A stretch of DNA of 64,000 bases from Erysipelotrichaceae bacterium (GTDB lineage Bacteria > Bacillota_I > Bacilli_A > Erysipelotrichales > Erysipelotrichaceae): the NCBI GenBank assembly GCA_963678045.2, contig CAXXCK010000004.1:17380-81379 (forward strand), in the 5' to 3' direction. The position numbers and the translations under genes are program-made. Below are positions 25,647 through 36,435 of the stretch, in pieces. Position 1 is the first letter of the stretch. Every line of letters begins with the position of its first letter. The notes beneath the pieces are model-generated. The model was not told where the DNA came from. It worked only from the letters and a program-made list of their open reading frames with translations, and did not search any database.

Positions 25647-25742
25647 ATTTTTCCTCCTAAAGAAAAAGTAGACATTCTTTTTCTCAAATGTCTACTTTTA
25701 CATTACTACTTCACAAACGGATCCTGCTTTTTTCATGGTTTC

Positions 25743-26540
25743 TTACTTGAGTACTGATACAACGACCGGATAGTAGTTGGCCGCAATGTAATCCTTAACA
25801 GTTTGTGAAGAGAGCGTCTCGATCAGCACTTTCGTTTTGGCTGAGGTTTCATTGCCTGCTTTGACTGCCAGGATGTTGGCATAGGTTTGAGCCGCAACAG
25901 AATCGGTATCTTCTGTCGCCAAGACTTTATCGGTGATCTTGCCTTCTAAAGCGTAGTTACCGTTGATGACCGCAAAGTCGACATCCGGTAAAGTCACAAC
26001 CAGGTTTTCCGCAACGATTTCGATGAATTCGATGTTGTGAGGATTGGAAGTGATGTCTAAGATCGTGGCTTCCGCTGTTTTAGCCGGATTGACCGTGATA
26101 AGATCCAAGGATTCGAGCAGTGCCAAAGCACGGGCTTCATTGGTCGCATCATTGGGAATGGCGATCTTGGCGCCGTCTTTGATGTCAGCCAAGGATGCCG
26201 TTTTACCCGGATACAGACCTAAAGGTTCAAAGTGGACAGCCAAGACAGAAACGATGTGGGTGCCGTTCTTTTCGTTAAAGTAATTCAGATAAGGCACATG
26301 CTGGAAGTAATTGGCATCCAATTCGCCTTCTTCTACATTCGTGTTAGGGAAGACATAATCAGTGTATTCTACAATTTCCAAAGTATAACCAGCTTTTTCG
26401 ACCAAAGGCTTGATGACTTCCAGGATTTCAGCGTGAGGCGCCGGAGAGGCACCGACACGGATGACTTTCGCATCTTTGCTGGTGCAAGCCCCCAGGGTAA
26501 CAGACAGAAGCAAGGAGATTAAAATGAGTATTTTTTTCAT
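25743..26540 (-). CDS. metQ: Methionine ABC substrate-binding lipoprotein
   Basis: Lipobox LGAC and an NlpA/MetQ core (IRVGASPAPHAEILE...DANYFQH). Confidence 0.85.
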   Translation of the reverse strand: MKKILILISLLLSVTLGACTSKDAKVIRVGASPAPHAEILEVIKPLVEKAGYTLEIVEYTDYVFPNTNVEEGELDANYFQHVPYLNYFNEKNGTHIVSVLAVHFEPLGLYPGKTASLADIKDGAKIAIPNDATNEARALALLESLDLITVNPAKTAEATILDITSNPHNIEFIEIVAENLVVTLPDVDFAVINGNYALEGKITDKVLATEDTDSVAAQTYANILAVKAGNETSAKTKVLIETLSSQTVKDYIAANYYPVVVSVLK

Positions 26541-26552
26541 GAGTTGTTCCTT

Positions 26553-27212
26553 TCATCGCGCTCGTTTATCGAGGCGTTTAACTATGAGATGGGAGGAAGT
26601 CTGAATGACTTCAACCAGGATGATCAGTAAGATCAAACAATAATACATGACTTGATAATTGAATCGGTAGTATCCGTAACGGATCGCAATGTCGCCTAAG
26701 CCACCGCCGCCCATCAGTCCGGCCATGGCCGAATAGCCTACCAGCATGATCATGGTGACAGATAAACCGGAAAGCAAGGAAGGCAGGGTTTCTTTCAGCA
26801 GCATCTTCACGACTTGAAGTTTTGTCGCACCCATCGTAATGACCGCATCGACCACTTCCCCATCCACTTCATGAAGGGTATTTTCAGTCAGTCTGGCCAC
26901 AAACGGAATCGCGCCGACCGATAAGGCAAAGATGGTGGCTTTGATCCCGATCGAAGTCCCGACCACAAACCGTGACAGCGGCATCAGTGCCACCACCAGG
27001 ATGTAAAACGGAATCGACCTAAAGACATTCACGAAGCGATTCAAGACCAGATACAAGACTGGCTGAGGATAGAGCCCATCCTTGTTGGTGAGGGTCAAGA
27101 TGATCCCCAGCGGAAACCCGATCAAGGTTCCAAAGAAGGTCGATCCGCCTAAGATCCATAGACTGTCGAAGAAGCCTTTGGTCAATAAACTGAGGATTTG
27201 AGCGTTAGTCAT
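26553..27212 (-). CDS. metI: Methionine ABC permease
   Basis: MetI-like TM protein that overlaps the metN stop. Confidence 0.85.
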   Translation of the reverse strand: MTNAQILSLLTKGFFDSLWILGGSTFFGTLIGFPLGIILTLTNKDGLYPQPVLYLVLNRFVNVFRSIPFYILVVALMPLSRFVVGTSIGIKATIFALSVGAIPFVARLTENTLHEVDGEVVDAVITMGATKLQVVKMLLKETLPSLLSGLSVTMIMLVGYSAMAGLMGGGGLGDIAIRYGYYRFNYQVMYYCLILLIILVEVIQTSSHLIVKRLDKRAR

Positions 27213-27951
27213 AGGACTCCTTCAGACCCAGCAGTTCTTGCGTGATCGCATGACTCGGGTTCTTAAAGACGGTTTTGACCGGACCTTCTTCGACAAAGCG
27301 TCCGTCTTCCAAGACCAAGACCCGTTCACATAAGGCATCGACCACATTGAGTTCATGGGTGATGATCAGAATGCTTAAGTCACGGTCTTTGTGGATCTCC
27401 TTCAAGAGTTGGATGAGTGAGCGTGTGGTCACAGAATCCAAAGCACTGGTCGGTTCATCCAGAAGCAACAGATCCGGATTGCTCACCAAGGCACGGGCTA
27501 TGGCGACGCGTTGTTTCTGTCCGCCGGAAAGTTGAGCCGGATAAACCTGCGCTTTATCTTCCAGCTTGATCAGTTTCAACAAGGCTTTTACTTTAGCGTC
27601 GATCACCGCTTTGTCGGTGTTCTCCAAACTTAAAGGGTAAGCGATGTTGTCGTAAACGGTGCTTTGTTTCAGCAGCGGACTGCTCTGAAAGACGACGCCG
27701 ATCCGTTTACGATACTGACGCATTCGATTCTCGTCCGCCAAAACAAGATTGACCTTGTTGAGGCTGATGCTGCCTTCATCCGGTGTTTCCAACAGGCTCA
27801 AACAGCGTAAGAGTGTGCTTTTTCCGGCTCCGCTCTTCCCGATGATCCCTAAGATCTCTTTGGACTGAAGGGTAAAACTGACCCCTTTCAGTGCTTCCAC
27901 TTTGGACTCTTTCAGATGAAACGTTTTGGTTAATCCACTGATTTCGATCAT
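27205..27951 (-). CDS. metN: Methionine ABC ATP-binding protein; short form lacking an obvious NIL domain
   Basis: Walker A GKSGAGKST, signature LSGGQKQRV, Walker B LLLDEP. Confidence 0.85.
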   Translation of the reverse strand: MIEISGLTKTFHLKESKVEALKGVSFTLQSKEILGIIGKSGAGKSTLLRCLSLLETPDEGSISLNKVNLVLADENRMRQYRKRIGVVFQSSPLLKQSTVYDNIAYPLSLENTDKAVIDAKVKALLKLIKLEDKAQVYPAQLSGGQKQRVAIARALVSNPDLLLLDEPTSALDSVTTRSLIQLLKEIHKDRDLSILIITHELNVVDALCERVLVLEDGRFVEEGPVKTVFKNPSHAITQELLGLKESYD

Positions 27952-27961
27952 ACTTCTGACC

Positions 27962-28237
27962 TCCTAGATATAAAAAGCCCTCATCCTAAGGACGAGGGCT
28001 TTACCCGTGTTACCACCTTTGTTTATGAGCTTGTCGCCAAGTTCACCTTTTCAAGTACGCTTACCGAAGCAAGTTATACTCTAGTGCTGTAACGGGCACC
28101 CCCGATGCGGCCTACATTTCGACCGTACAACTCTGAGACCATGTTCAATCACTTCTGTGCTGTCTGTTTACACCACGACCAGACTCTCTGTAAGCAAGGA
28201 GATGACCTACTCTTCTCTTCGACGTTTTTATGAATAC
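27962..28237 (-). promoter_or_regulatory. T-box riboswitch leader, probably Met-specific, with terminator, upstream of metNIQ
   Basis: On the minus strand: stem I start GAAGAGAAGAGTAGG, and a candidate specifier AUG at 28142..28140 in ...GAUUGAACAUGGUC. The T-box core is AAAGGTGGTAACACGGG (complement of 28004..28020). The terminator is AAAGCCCTCGTCC-TTAG-GATGAGGGCTTTTTAT (27972..28002). The promoter is TTGACA (28272..28267), 17 nt, TAAACT (28249..28244). Confidence 0.7.
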
Positions 28238-28274
28238 GTTGACAGTTTAACTGATAATTCAGACCCTGTCAAGC

Positions 28275-28727
28275 CTATCTCTTGTTTTTCATGGCCTTGT
28301 CGATTTCACGCTGAGCGTCCCGTTCTTTATCGGATTCTCGCTTATCGTGGATATTTTTACCTTGGGCCAACGCGATCTCAAGCTTGGCTCGGCCATCTTT
28401 TAAATAGAGGGTCAGCGGAACGACTGTGAAGCCTTTCAGTCTGACTTTCTTTTCAAGTTTGCTGATTTCATAATCATGAAGCAGGAGTTTTCTTTCTCTG
28501 GTTTCCTCATGATTGAAGCGATTGCCTTCTTCATAAGGCGCAATGTACATCTCTTTGATGAAGGCCTCATGGTTGACAAATGAGACATAAGCGTCTTTAA
28601 ATTGGACCGAGCCTTTACGGATCGATTTGATTTCAGTGCCCATCAAAACCATCCCGGCTTCAAATTTCTCGAGAATTTCATAATCATGGAGGGCTTTTCG
28701 GTTAAAGGCTACTTGTTTTATAGACAT
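28275..28727 (-). CDS. smpB: SsrA-binding protein
   Basis: NRKALHDYEILEKFEAGMVLMGTEIKSIR...LLLHDYEI. Confidence 0.9.
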   Translation of the reverse strand: MSIKQVAFNRKALHDYEILEKFEAGMVLMGTEIKSIRKGSVQFKDAYVSFVNHEAFIKEMYIAPYEEGNRFNHEETRERKLLLHDYEISKLEKKVRLKGFTVVPLTLYLKDGRAKLEIALAQGKNIHDKRESDKERDAQREIDKAMKNKR

Positions 28728-28730
28728 TTT

Positions 28731-30791
28731 CTAGAATCTCTTTCTAGATTCTACCACAACAAAGTCGATCGTGGCTTTCTCTTTATCAGCACCGATGACT
28801 TTGATCTTGACCTTTTGTCCGATCGCATAGGATTTATGGACGGAGCGCAAAACCAGACGGGTTTCATCAAAGGTATAGTAATCATCGAGGTTACGGACAT
28901 GGACCAAGCCTTCGACGCTGTTGGGTAACCGGACAAAGAATCCGAATTTCGTAACGGCAGCGATCAGTCCATCAAAGGTTTCCCCGATGTGTTTGGTCAT
29001 GTATTGGGCTTGTTTCATGTCTTCAGAATCGCGTTCAGCTTCAACGGCGCGCTGTTCGCCCAAAGAACATTTGAGTCCCATCAATTCGACCCAGCCTTCA
29101 TCATTCTTCAAATCGGCATGAGTGTGTTCAAACGCGTATTTTCTCAGCATGCGGTGGACGATCAGATCCGGATAACGACGGATCGGCGAGGTAAAGTGAC
29201 AGTAGTTTTCCAGAGCCAAACCATAATGGCCCATCGGACGGAAATCGTATTTGGCTTTACTCATGGAGCGTAAAAGCATTTCATTGACGACTCCGAATTC
29301 TTCTTTACCTTTGAATTGTTCAATGACTTTTTGAATGACGGTGGAAGAGTATTCGGCTCCTTTGAGTTTGACACCAAAGGCCAGCATGACTCTAGAAAAT
29401 TCAGCCAGACGCTTTTTCTGCGGGGCATCATGGACTCGGTATAAGACCGGGATATCCAGATATTTCGCATGGGTCGCCACGGTTTCATTGGCTTTAACCA
29501 TGAAGTCTTCGATCAGGTTTTCAGCTTCTCCGCTGACTCTGGGCTGAATGTCGATGACATCGCCATGCTGATCCACGGTGAATTTGGATTCAACGGTATC
29601 AAAATTGATGGCACCCTTGGCTTCGCGGCTTTGACGGATTTGATGGGCCAGTTCCAAGCCCAGTTTCAGCATTGCCTGAATATTTCCCGGGATATCATTG
29701 GGTTCATTGTTAAATAAGGCATTGACCTTGGTGTAGGTCAGGCGCTTTGAAGAACGGATCACGGAAGGATGGATATCATAGTCGATGACCGTGCCTTGAT
29801 CATCCAGGATCATCTTACAGGTCAAGGTCAAACGATCCTCGCCTTCCATCAAAGAACACAGTCCGTTAGAAAGTTCAAAAGGCAACATCGGAACGACCCG
29901 GTCGACCACATACACTGATGTCGTACGGTTTTGGGCTTCCAAATCGATGGGATTGTTTTGGGTCACATAATGGCTGACATCGGCAATATGCACATACAAA
30001 GCCGTGCCTTTGGGTTCTTTGGTCACATGGATCGCATCATCAAAATCTTTCGCGTCTTCGCCGTCGATCGTAACGATGGTGGCTTGACGATAATCCACAC
30101 GCCCTTGTAAGTCTGCTTCAGTGACACTCAGGCTCATTGAGTCGATGGCTTTGGTGACGGCTTCAGGAAACTCCAGCGGGATCCGGTGGGTCATCAGAAT
30201 GCTTAATACGTCAGCACCCGGATCATTCTCATGACCAAGTACTTTATTTAGCTTAACTTTCAGCACTGCCCCGTAACTGGCCACATCCAAAAGGACCATT
30301 TGTCCTTCACCAAATCCGTGTTCAGTTTCAAGTTCGATCGGGACCAAGATGCGTCTGTCTTTGGGAACCAGGATATGGTCATGATAGACTGCCACCAGTT
30401 GAGTCAGGTTGCGTTTGAGGATCTTCTTGATTTCACCCATGGTGGAACCATCGGGCAATTCTTTGACTTTGACCAAGACTTCATCCCCATGCATGGCCGT
30501 GTGGAATTTTTCTTCATGGACATACACGTGTTGATCTTCGCTATCGACAAAGCCATAGCCTTTCGGATTGACAGAGAGGATGCCTCGGATGAAATCCGCA
30601 TCTTCGATCATTACGATCTTTTGTTTGTTGGTGTAGGTGATGATGGCTTCTTCTTCCATATGATGGATCATCATGATGAAATCATGGAACTCTGATGAAT
30701 ACTCAAGGTTCAGTTGTGAAGCCCATTCTTGGGCGGTATACGGTTTATTCTGTTTTTGGATCAAAGCCAGAAAGGCATCTTGTGTGATCAT
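28731..30791 (-). CDS. rnr: Ribonuclease R
   Basis: RNB domain (TIDGEDAKDFDDAIHV...FTSPIRRYPDLIVHR) and a C-terminal S1 domain. Confidence 0.9.
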   Translation of the reverse strand: MITQDAFLALIQKQNKPYTAQEWASQLNLEYSSEFHDFIMMIHHMEEEAIITYTNKQKIVMIEDADFIRGILSVNPKGYGFVDSEDQHVYVHEEKFHTAMHGDEVLVKVKELPDGSTMGEIKKILKRNLTQLVAVYHDHILVPKDRRILVPIELETEHGFGEGQMVLLDVASYGAVLKVKLNKVLGHENDPGADVLSILMTHRIPLEFPEAVTKAIDSMSLSVTEADLQGRVDYRQATIVTIDGEDAKDFDDAIHVTKEPKGTALYVHIADVSHYVTQNNPIDLEAQNRTTSVYVVDRVVPMLPFELSNGLCSLMEGEDRLTLTCKMILDDQGTVIDYDIHPSVIRSSKRLTYTKVNALFNNEPNDIPGNIQAMLKLGLELAHQIRQSREAKGAINFDTVESKFTVDQHGDVIDIQPRVSGEAENLIEDFMVKANETVATHAKYLDIPVLYRVHDAPQKKRLAEFSRVMLAFGVKLKGAEYSSTVIQKVIEQFKGKEEFGVVNEMLLRSMSKAKYDFRPMGHYGLALENYCHFTSPIRRYPDLIVHRMLRKYAFEHTHADLKNDEGWVELMGLKCSLGEQRAVEAERDSEDMKQAQYMTKHIGETFDGLIAAVTKFGFFVRLPNSVEGLVHVRNLDDYYTFDETRLVLRSVHKSYAIGQKVKIKVIGADKEKATIDFVVVESRKRF

Positions 30792-30826
30792 GAATCTCCT
30801 TTAGAAACAAAAAGACCTTTCGGTCT

Positions 30827-31078
30827 TTAGATTATTTGTACAACGATAACCAGAACAAAGAACAAGATGCCAAGGACCAGGGTCGCTCTTGAGATGAATT
30901 TCTCGGCGCCGCGTTCTTTAACGTTAGCAAACAAGTTCAAGCCGCCGCTTCCTGAAAAGGCGCTGGAGATCCCGTCTGACTTCCCGCTTTGAAGCAAGGA
31001 GAGCAGAATCATGGATACGGCAACCAACATCAGCAAGACATCCAATAATTGAGTAAAGATTTTTACGATAGTCGTCAT
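30827..31078 (-). CDS. secG: Preprotein translocase subunit SecG
   Basis: Two TM helices and LLQSGKSDGISSAFSG. Confidence 0.85.
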   Translation of the reverse strand: MTTIVKIFTQLLDVLLMLVAVSMILLSLLQSGKSDGISSAFSGSGGLNLFANVKERGAEKFISRATLVLGILFFVLVIVVQII

Positions 31079-31151
31079 GGAACAACTCCTTAATAGTGCT
31101 TACTCATTATAAACTAAACAATCCCTTTTGACAAGGCGTGTTATGTTTGTG

Positions 31152-31544
31152 TCAAGCCAAGCTTTCATCATAGAAAAACGGTCCCCACATGTGTCCGTCA
31201 GGATCACTGAAACTGCGTCCGTACATGTACGGATACTCTTCTTTGGGACTGGGTTCATCCGAGCCTAAGGTAAAAGCTTTCTCAACGATGCGATCGACTT
31301 CTTCACGGGAATCCACCGAAAACGAAAAGATTGCCTGCACTTCCTGATGCGGATCAACCAGACGTTTCGAAGTAAAATCCAAGAAGCGTTTGTGCTCCAG
31401 GATCATCAGGGTGATATCCCCCAGTCGAAGTCCCGCGGATTGATCACTGAGAAACTCAGGGACCACAGTAAAACCAACTCCGGTATAGAATTCAATCGAT
31501 CGTTTCAGATCGGAAACTGGCAAGTTTAAATAGATTTTAGTCAT
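31152..31544 (-). CDS. VOC/glyoxalase-family protein
   Basis: YLNLPVSDLKRSIEFYTGVGF...SFSDPDGHMW. I moved the start to ATG 31544 (RBS GAGGTG). The track start 31700 would overlap eno and its terminator. Confidence 0.7.
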   Translation of the reverse strand: MTKIYLNLPVSDLKRSIEFYTGVGFTVVPEFLSDQSAGLRLGDITLMILEHKRFLDFTSKRLVDPHQEVQAIFSFSVDSREEVDRIVEKAFTLGSDEPSPKEEYPYMYGRSFSDPDGHMWGPFFYDESLA

Positions 31545-31604
31545 AAGGTTCACCTCTAAACTCACTATAGCACTGTTCACCATATTCAAAAATTCGGATG
31601 ACCA

Positions 31605-31637
31605 GAAAAAATCCCTGCGATGAAGCAGGGATTTTTG
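31605..31637 (-). terminator. Rho-independent terminator after eno
   Basis: ATCCCTGC (31611..31618) pairs with GCAGGGAT (31625..31632). The minus strand has a T run after the stem. Confidence 0.65.
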
Positions 31638-31638
31638 A

Positions 31639-32946
<1,308 letters not shown>

Positions 32947-33693
32947 TTATGCCTTCAGCGCATCAATGATCGCTGTGAATGAATCTACTTTAAGGGATGC
33001 TCCGCCGATCAGGGCGCCATCAATATCTTTTTCTGCGAGGTATTCTTTGATGTTTTCAGGTTTGACGCTGCCGCCGTATTGGATACGCAGTGCTTCTGCC
33101 GTGGATTTGCCGTAGTGTGTTTCAACTTCGTGACGGATGACGGCACAGGTATTCTGAGCGATTTCTTTGGTGGCATTCTTGCCGGTGCCGATGGCCCAAA
33201 CCGGTTCATAAGCCAAAACCAGTTTTGCGACTTCTTCAGCGCTTAACCCATTCAAAGCTGCGGCTGTCTGAGTCCGAACGACCTTTTCAGTGTCGCCGGC
33301 TTCAAACTGAGCCAAGGTTTCCCCGACACAGATGATCGGAGCAAGCCCGTTTTTAACGGACAACAAGACTTTCTTATTGACGGTTTCATCGGTTTCTCCG
33401 AAATACTGTCTTCTTTCAGAGTGTCCGATCAGGGTCCATTTGACTCCGATTTCCTGAAGCATGGCCACGGAAACTTCACCGGTAAAGGCGCCGCTTTCCG
33501 CAAAAGCCACGTTTTCAGCCGAAACGATCAATTTTTTGGCAGCCTTGACGGATTGTTCAAGGGCCAGATAAGGGGCTGCGATGCCAAAGTCGGCATGATC
33601 ATGAACCAAAGGTTCGATCGCGTTGATGAAGCTGACGGCTTCCGCGATGGTTTTATTCAACTTCCAATTTCCGATGATGATGGGTTTTCTCAT
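32947..33693 (-). CDS. tpiA: Triosephosphate isomerase
   Basis: IIIGNWKLN...IGHSERR...AYEPVWAIGTG. Confidence 0.95.
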   Translation of the reverse strand: MRKPIIIGNWKLNKTIAEAVSFINAIEPLVHDHADFGIAAPYLALEQSVKAAKKLIVSAENVAFAESGAFTGEVSVAMLQEIGVKWTLIGHSERRQYFGETDETVNKKVLLSVKNGLAPIICVGETLAQFEAGDTEKVVRTQTAAALNGLSAEEVAKLVLAYEPVWAIGTGKNATKEIAQNTCAVIRHEVETHYGKSTAEALRIQYGGSVKPENIKEYLAEKDIDGALIGGASLKVDSFTAIIDALKA

Positions 33694-34890
33694 TTATTTG
33701 TCTTGTATGACCGCGATGCCAGGCAACGGGTTTCCTTCCATGAATTCCAGTGATGCGCCGCCTCCGGTGGAGATGTGGCTGAAGCCGTCTTCAAAGCCGT
33801 TTTCAATGGCTGCTGCCGCAGAATCGCCGCCGCCGATGACGGTATAAGCGCCAGGCAGTGAAGACATGACTCTGCAGATGGCGATGGTGCCGATGGCGTA
33901 AGGCTTCATTTCGAAGACGCCCATCGGACCGTTCCAAACGACCGTCTTGGCCCCTTGAAGTTCTTTTTCAAATAAAGCAATCGTCTTAGGACCGATGTCC
34001 AAGCCCATGTAGTTGGCCGGGATGTGGTCCGCATCGACCACATAATGGTCAGCGTCTTCCGCAAACGCCGCCGCAACCGTGAAGTCTACCGGCAAGATGA
34101 TCTTGTCGCCGTTGGTGTCTAAGAAGGATTTCGCCAAGTCGACTTTATCGGCTTCCAATAAGGAAGTCCCGATTTCTTTGCCTTGGGCTTTTAAGAAAGT
34201 ATAGGCCATGCCGCCGCCGATGATGACTTTATCCGCGATCGTCAACAGGTGTTCGATGACTTTGATTTTATCTGAGACTTTAGCTCCGCCCAGGATAGCC
34301 ACAAAAGGTTTTTCCGGGTCATAGACAGCCTTGGTCAACATCTTGACTTCTTTTTCAACGAGGAAACCTAATGCGCTGGGCAAGAGTTGAGCAATTCCTA
34401 CGGTTGAAGCATGGGCTCTGTGTACGGAACCAAAGGCATCCGTCACGAAGAGTTCACCCAGGGATGCCCAGTATTTGGACAGTTCCGGATCATTCTTTTC
34501 TTCGCCCTTTTCATAACGGGTATTTTGAAGTACGACGATTTCGCCGTCTTTCAAGTCTGCGACTGCTTTTTCAAGGGCTGCGCCGCGGGTTTCAGCGACG
34601 AAGGTGACCTTGGTCTTTAAGTGTCCAGCCAATTTCGCTGCGACAGGAGCCATGTTGTTTTTGGCCTTGTCGGACTCGGTCTTGGCAGGATCCTTATGAT
34701 CAACTTTGCCTAAGTGGGACAAGAGGATGATTCTTGCGCCATGTTCTACCAAATAATTGATGGTGGGTAATGCCTGTACGATGCGGTTTTCGTCCTTAAC
34801 AACGCCGTCTTTGATCGGAACGTTGAAGTCGACTCTCACAATGACACGTTTACCTTTTACTTGCAAATCGTTTACGGTCTTTTTTGCCAT
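33694..34890 (-). CDS. pgk: Phosphoglycerate kinase
   Basis: [12 protein letters not shown]...ILLSHLG...GGGDSAAA. Confidence 0.95.
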   Translation of the reverse strand: MAKKTVNDLQVKGKRVIVRVDFNVPIKDGVVKDENRIVQALPTINYLVEHGARIILLSHLGKVDHKDPAKTESDKAKNNMAPVAAKLAGHLKTKVTFVAETRGAALEKAVADLKDGEIVVLQNTRYEKGEEKNDPELSKYWASLGELFVTDAFGSVHRAHASTVGIAQLLPSALGFLVEKEVKMLTKAVYDPEKPFVAILGGAKVSDKIKVIEHLLTIADKVIIGGGMAYTFLKAQGKEIGTSLLEADKVDLAKSFLDTNGDKIILPVDFTVAAAFAEDADHYVVDADHIPANYMGLDIGPKTIALFEKELQGAKTVVWNGPMGVFEMKPYAIGTIAICRVMSSLPGAYTVIGGGDSAAAAIENGFEDGFSHISTGGGASLEFMEGNPLPGIAVIQDK

Positions 34891-35001
34891 TTTGGGTTCC
34901 TCCTAATGCATTAAGATTATACCATTATGACTGGTTTATCTCAACGCTTTTTGCCCAGTTTGTTAATGGATTCACAGAGAAGACAAAAGGGATTTCTCCC
35001 T

Positions 35002-36435
35002 TTATTTCAGTCTTTTATGGATGAGTTTGGCGTACGCTTTGGCAGATTTATCCCAGGAAACATCTTTCTTCATGGCTTGTCTGATCATGCCTTTGAAGTC
35101 ATCGCGTCTAAAGGTATAGACCTCATAGGCCATCCACAAGACATGTTTGAAATCTTCGACACTGAACGGACCAAAGGTAAACCCGGTCCCTTCTTTGGTA
35201 TGCTCATTATAGGGGATCACGGTATCTTTCAAGCCTCCGGTCTCTCTGACCAAAGGCAAGGTGCCGTAATGCATGGCAATGAGCTGCGAGATCCCGCACG
35301 GTTCAAACAGCGACGGCATCAGCAAGATATCCGCCCCGGCATAGATCTTATGGGCCATGGCTTCATTGTAGCCGCAATAGAAGACGGCTCTATGCGGGAA
35401 ACGGTATTCGATCGATTTGAGTTGGCCTTCGACATGCTGATCGCCGGTTCCCAAGATGATCAGCTGGATATCCCAGCCCATGATTTGGGTCAGCGACTGC
35501 AGTAAAAGCCAGATGCCTTTTTGATCGGTCAGACGGGAAACCATCGCCACCAGCATGACGTTGGGATCCTGACGAAGCCCGAGTTCTTGCTGAATGGCCA
35601 GTTTGTTGGTCTGTTTGCCTGTGGCAAAATTTTTGGTTGAGTAATTGGCGATCAGGGATTTGTCGTCGGAAGGATCCCAGTCTTTGAGATCGATCCCGTT
35701 GACGATCCCAAACAGATCGTGTTGACGCAGTTTCAAGACTTCTTCCATGTTTTCCCCAAATTCAGGGGTCAGGATCTCAGAGGCATAGGTTTCCGAAACT
35801 GTGGTAACCAGATCTGCATACAGAATCCCGGCTTTCATGAAACTGATGCCGTCTTTGAAACGCAAGGTTCCATCGAAGTAATAGCTGTTGGGCAAGCCCA
35901 CGCAGCTTTCCAGCATCGAATACGGGAAACAGCCTTGGAAAAACAGATTGTGGATCGTGAAGAGGGTCAGCGGGGCTTTGATCCTGGTCTTATAGAGCGT
36001 CTTGACCAAAAGCGGAATCAAGCCGGTATGCCAGTCATGGGCATGCAGGACATCCGGTTCGATGATCTTTTCTTCGATCATCCGCATGACCGCATGCTGG
36101 AAAAAAGCAAAGCGTTCTCCGTCATCCGGATAGCCGTAATAGCCTTCCCGTTCGAAGTAAGCCGCATGTTCAATCAGATAATAATCGATCTCATCGATGG
36201 TCTTTAAATAGACCGTGGCAATGGTATCAAAGATCCCTACCTTGACTTTATAGGTCTTGACCTTGGTCAGCGAGGCATGCATCGTCTTAGCCGTCTTCAA
36301 ATACAGAGGCATGACCACGCTTACACTGAACCCTTCACGATGAAGAGCTTGAGGTAAAGATCCGATGACATCTGCTAAGCCTCCTGTTTTTACAAACGGA
36401 AGCCCTTCTGAAGCGACAAAGAGGATTTTTTTCAT
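35002..36435 (-). CDS. glgA: Glycogen synthase
   Basis: MKKILFVASEGLPFVKTGGLADV... and the C-terminal GT1 motifs. Confidence 0.9.
   Translation of the reverse strand: MKKILFVASEGLPFVKTGGLADVIGSLPQALHREGFSVSVVMPLYLKTAKTMHASLTKVKTYKVKVGIFDTIATVYLKTIDEIDYYLIEHAAYFEREGYYGYPDDGERFAFFQHAVMRMIEEKIIEPDVLHAHDWHTGLIPLLVKTLYKTRIKAPLTLFTIHNLFFQGCFPYSMLESCVGLPNSYYFDGTLRFKDGISFMKAGILYADLVTTVSETYASEILTPEFGENMEEVLKLRQHDLFGIVNGIDLKDWDPSDDKSLIANYSTKNFATGKQTNKLAIQQELGLRQDPNVMLVAMVSRLTDQKGIWLLLQSLTQIMGWDIQLIILGTGDQHVEGQLKSIEYRFPHRAVFYCGYNEAMAHKIYAGADILLMPSLFEPCGISQLIAMHYGTLPLVRETGGLKDTVIPYNEHTKEGTGFTFGPFSVEDFKHVLWMAYEVYTFRRDDFKGMIRQAMKKDVSWDKSAKAYAKLIHKRLK

Larger units (their letters stand above)
24394..25713 (-). 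mobile_element. IS3-family insertion sequence (IS150-like), apparently intact, 1320 bp
   Basis: The terminal inverted repeats are TGAAGTAGTAAAGGAAAAGTAGACA (24394..) and TGAAGTAGTAATGTAAAAGTAGACA (complement of ..25713), identical at 23 of 25 positions, with TG...CA ends. The flanks carry identical CAAACG. orfA and orfB are joined by an A7G slippery site. Confidence 0.85.

Noticed and set aside
28157-28429. Plus-strand 90-aa ORF
   Set aside because: It lies across the T-box leader and the 3' end of smpB on the wrong strand.
34891-35001. Absence of gapA upstream of pgk and of pgm between tpiA and eno
   Set aside because: It differs from the Bacillus cggR-gapA-pgk-tpi-pgm-eno order. These genes may simply lie elsewhere, and this cannot be judged from one window.
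34927-36207. Plus-strand ORFs 34927..35505 (192 aa) and 35719..36207 (162 aa)
   Set aside because: They are antisense to glgA, which has unmistakable glycogen synthase motifs.
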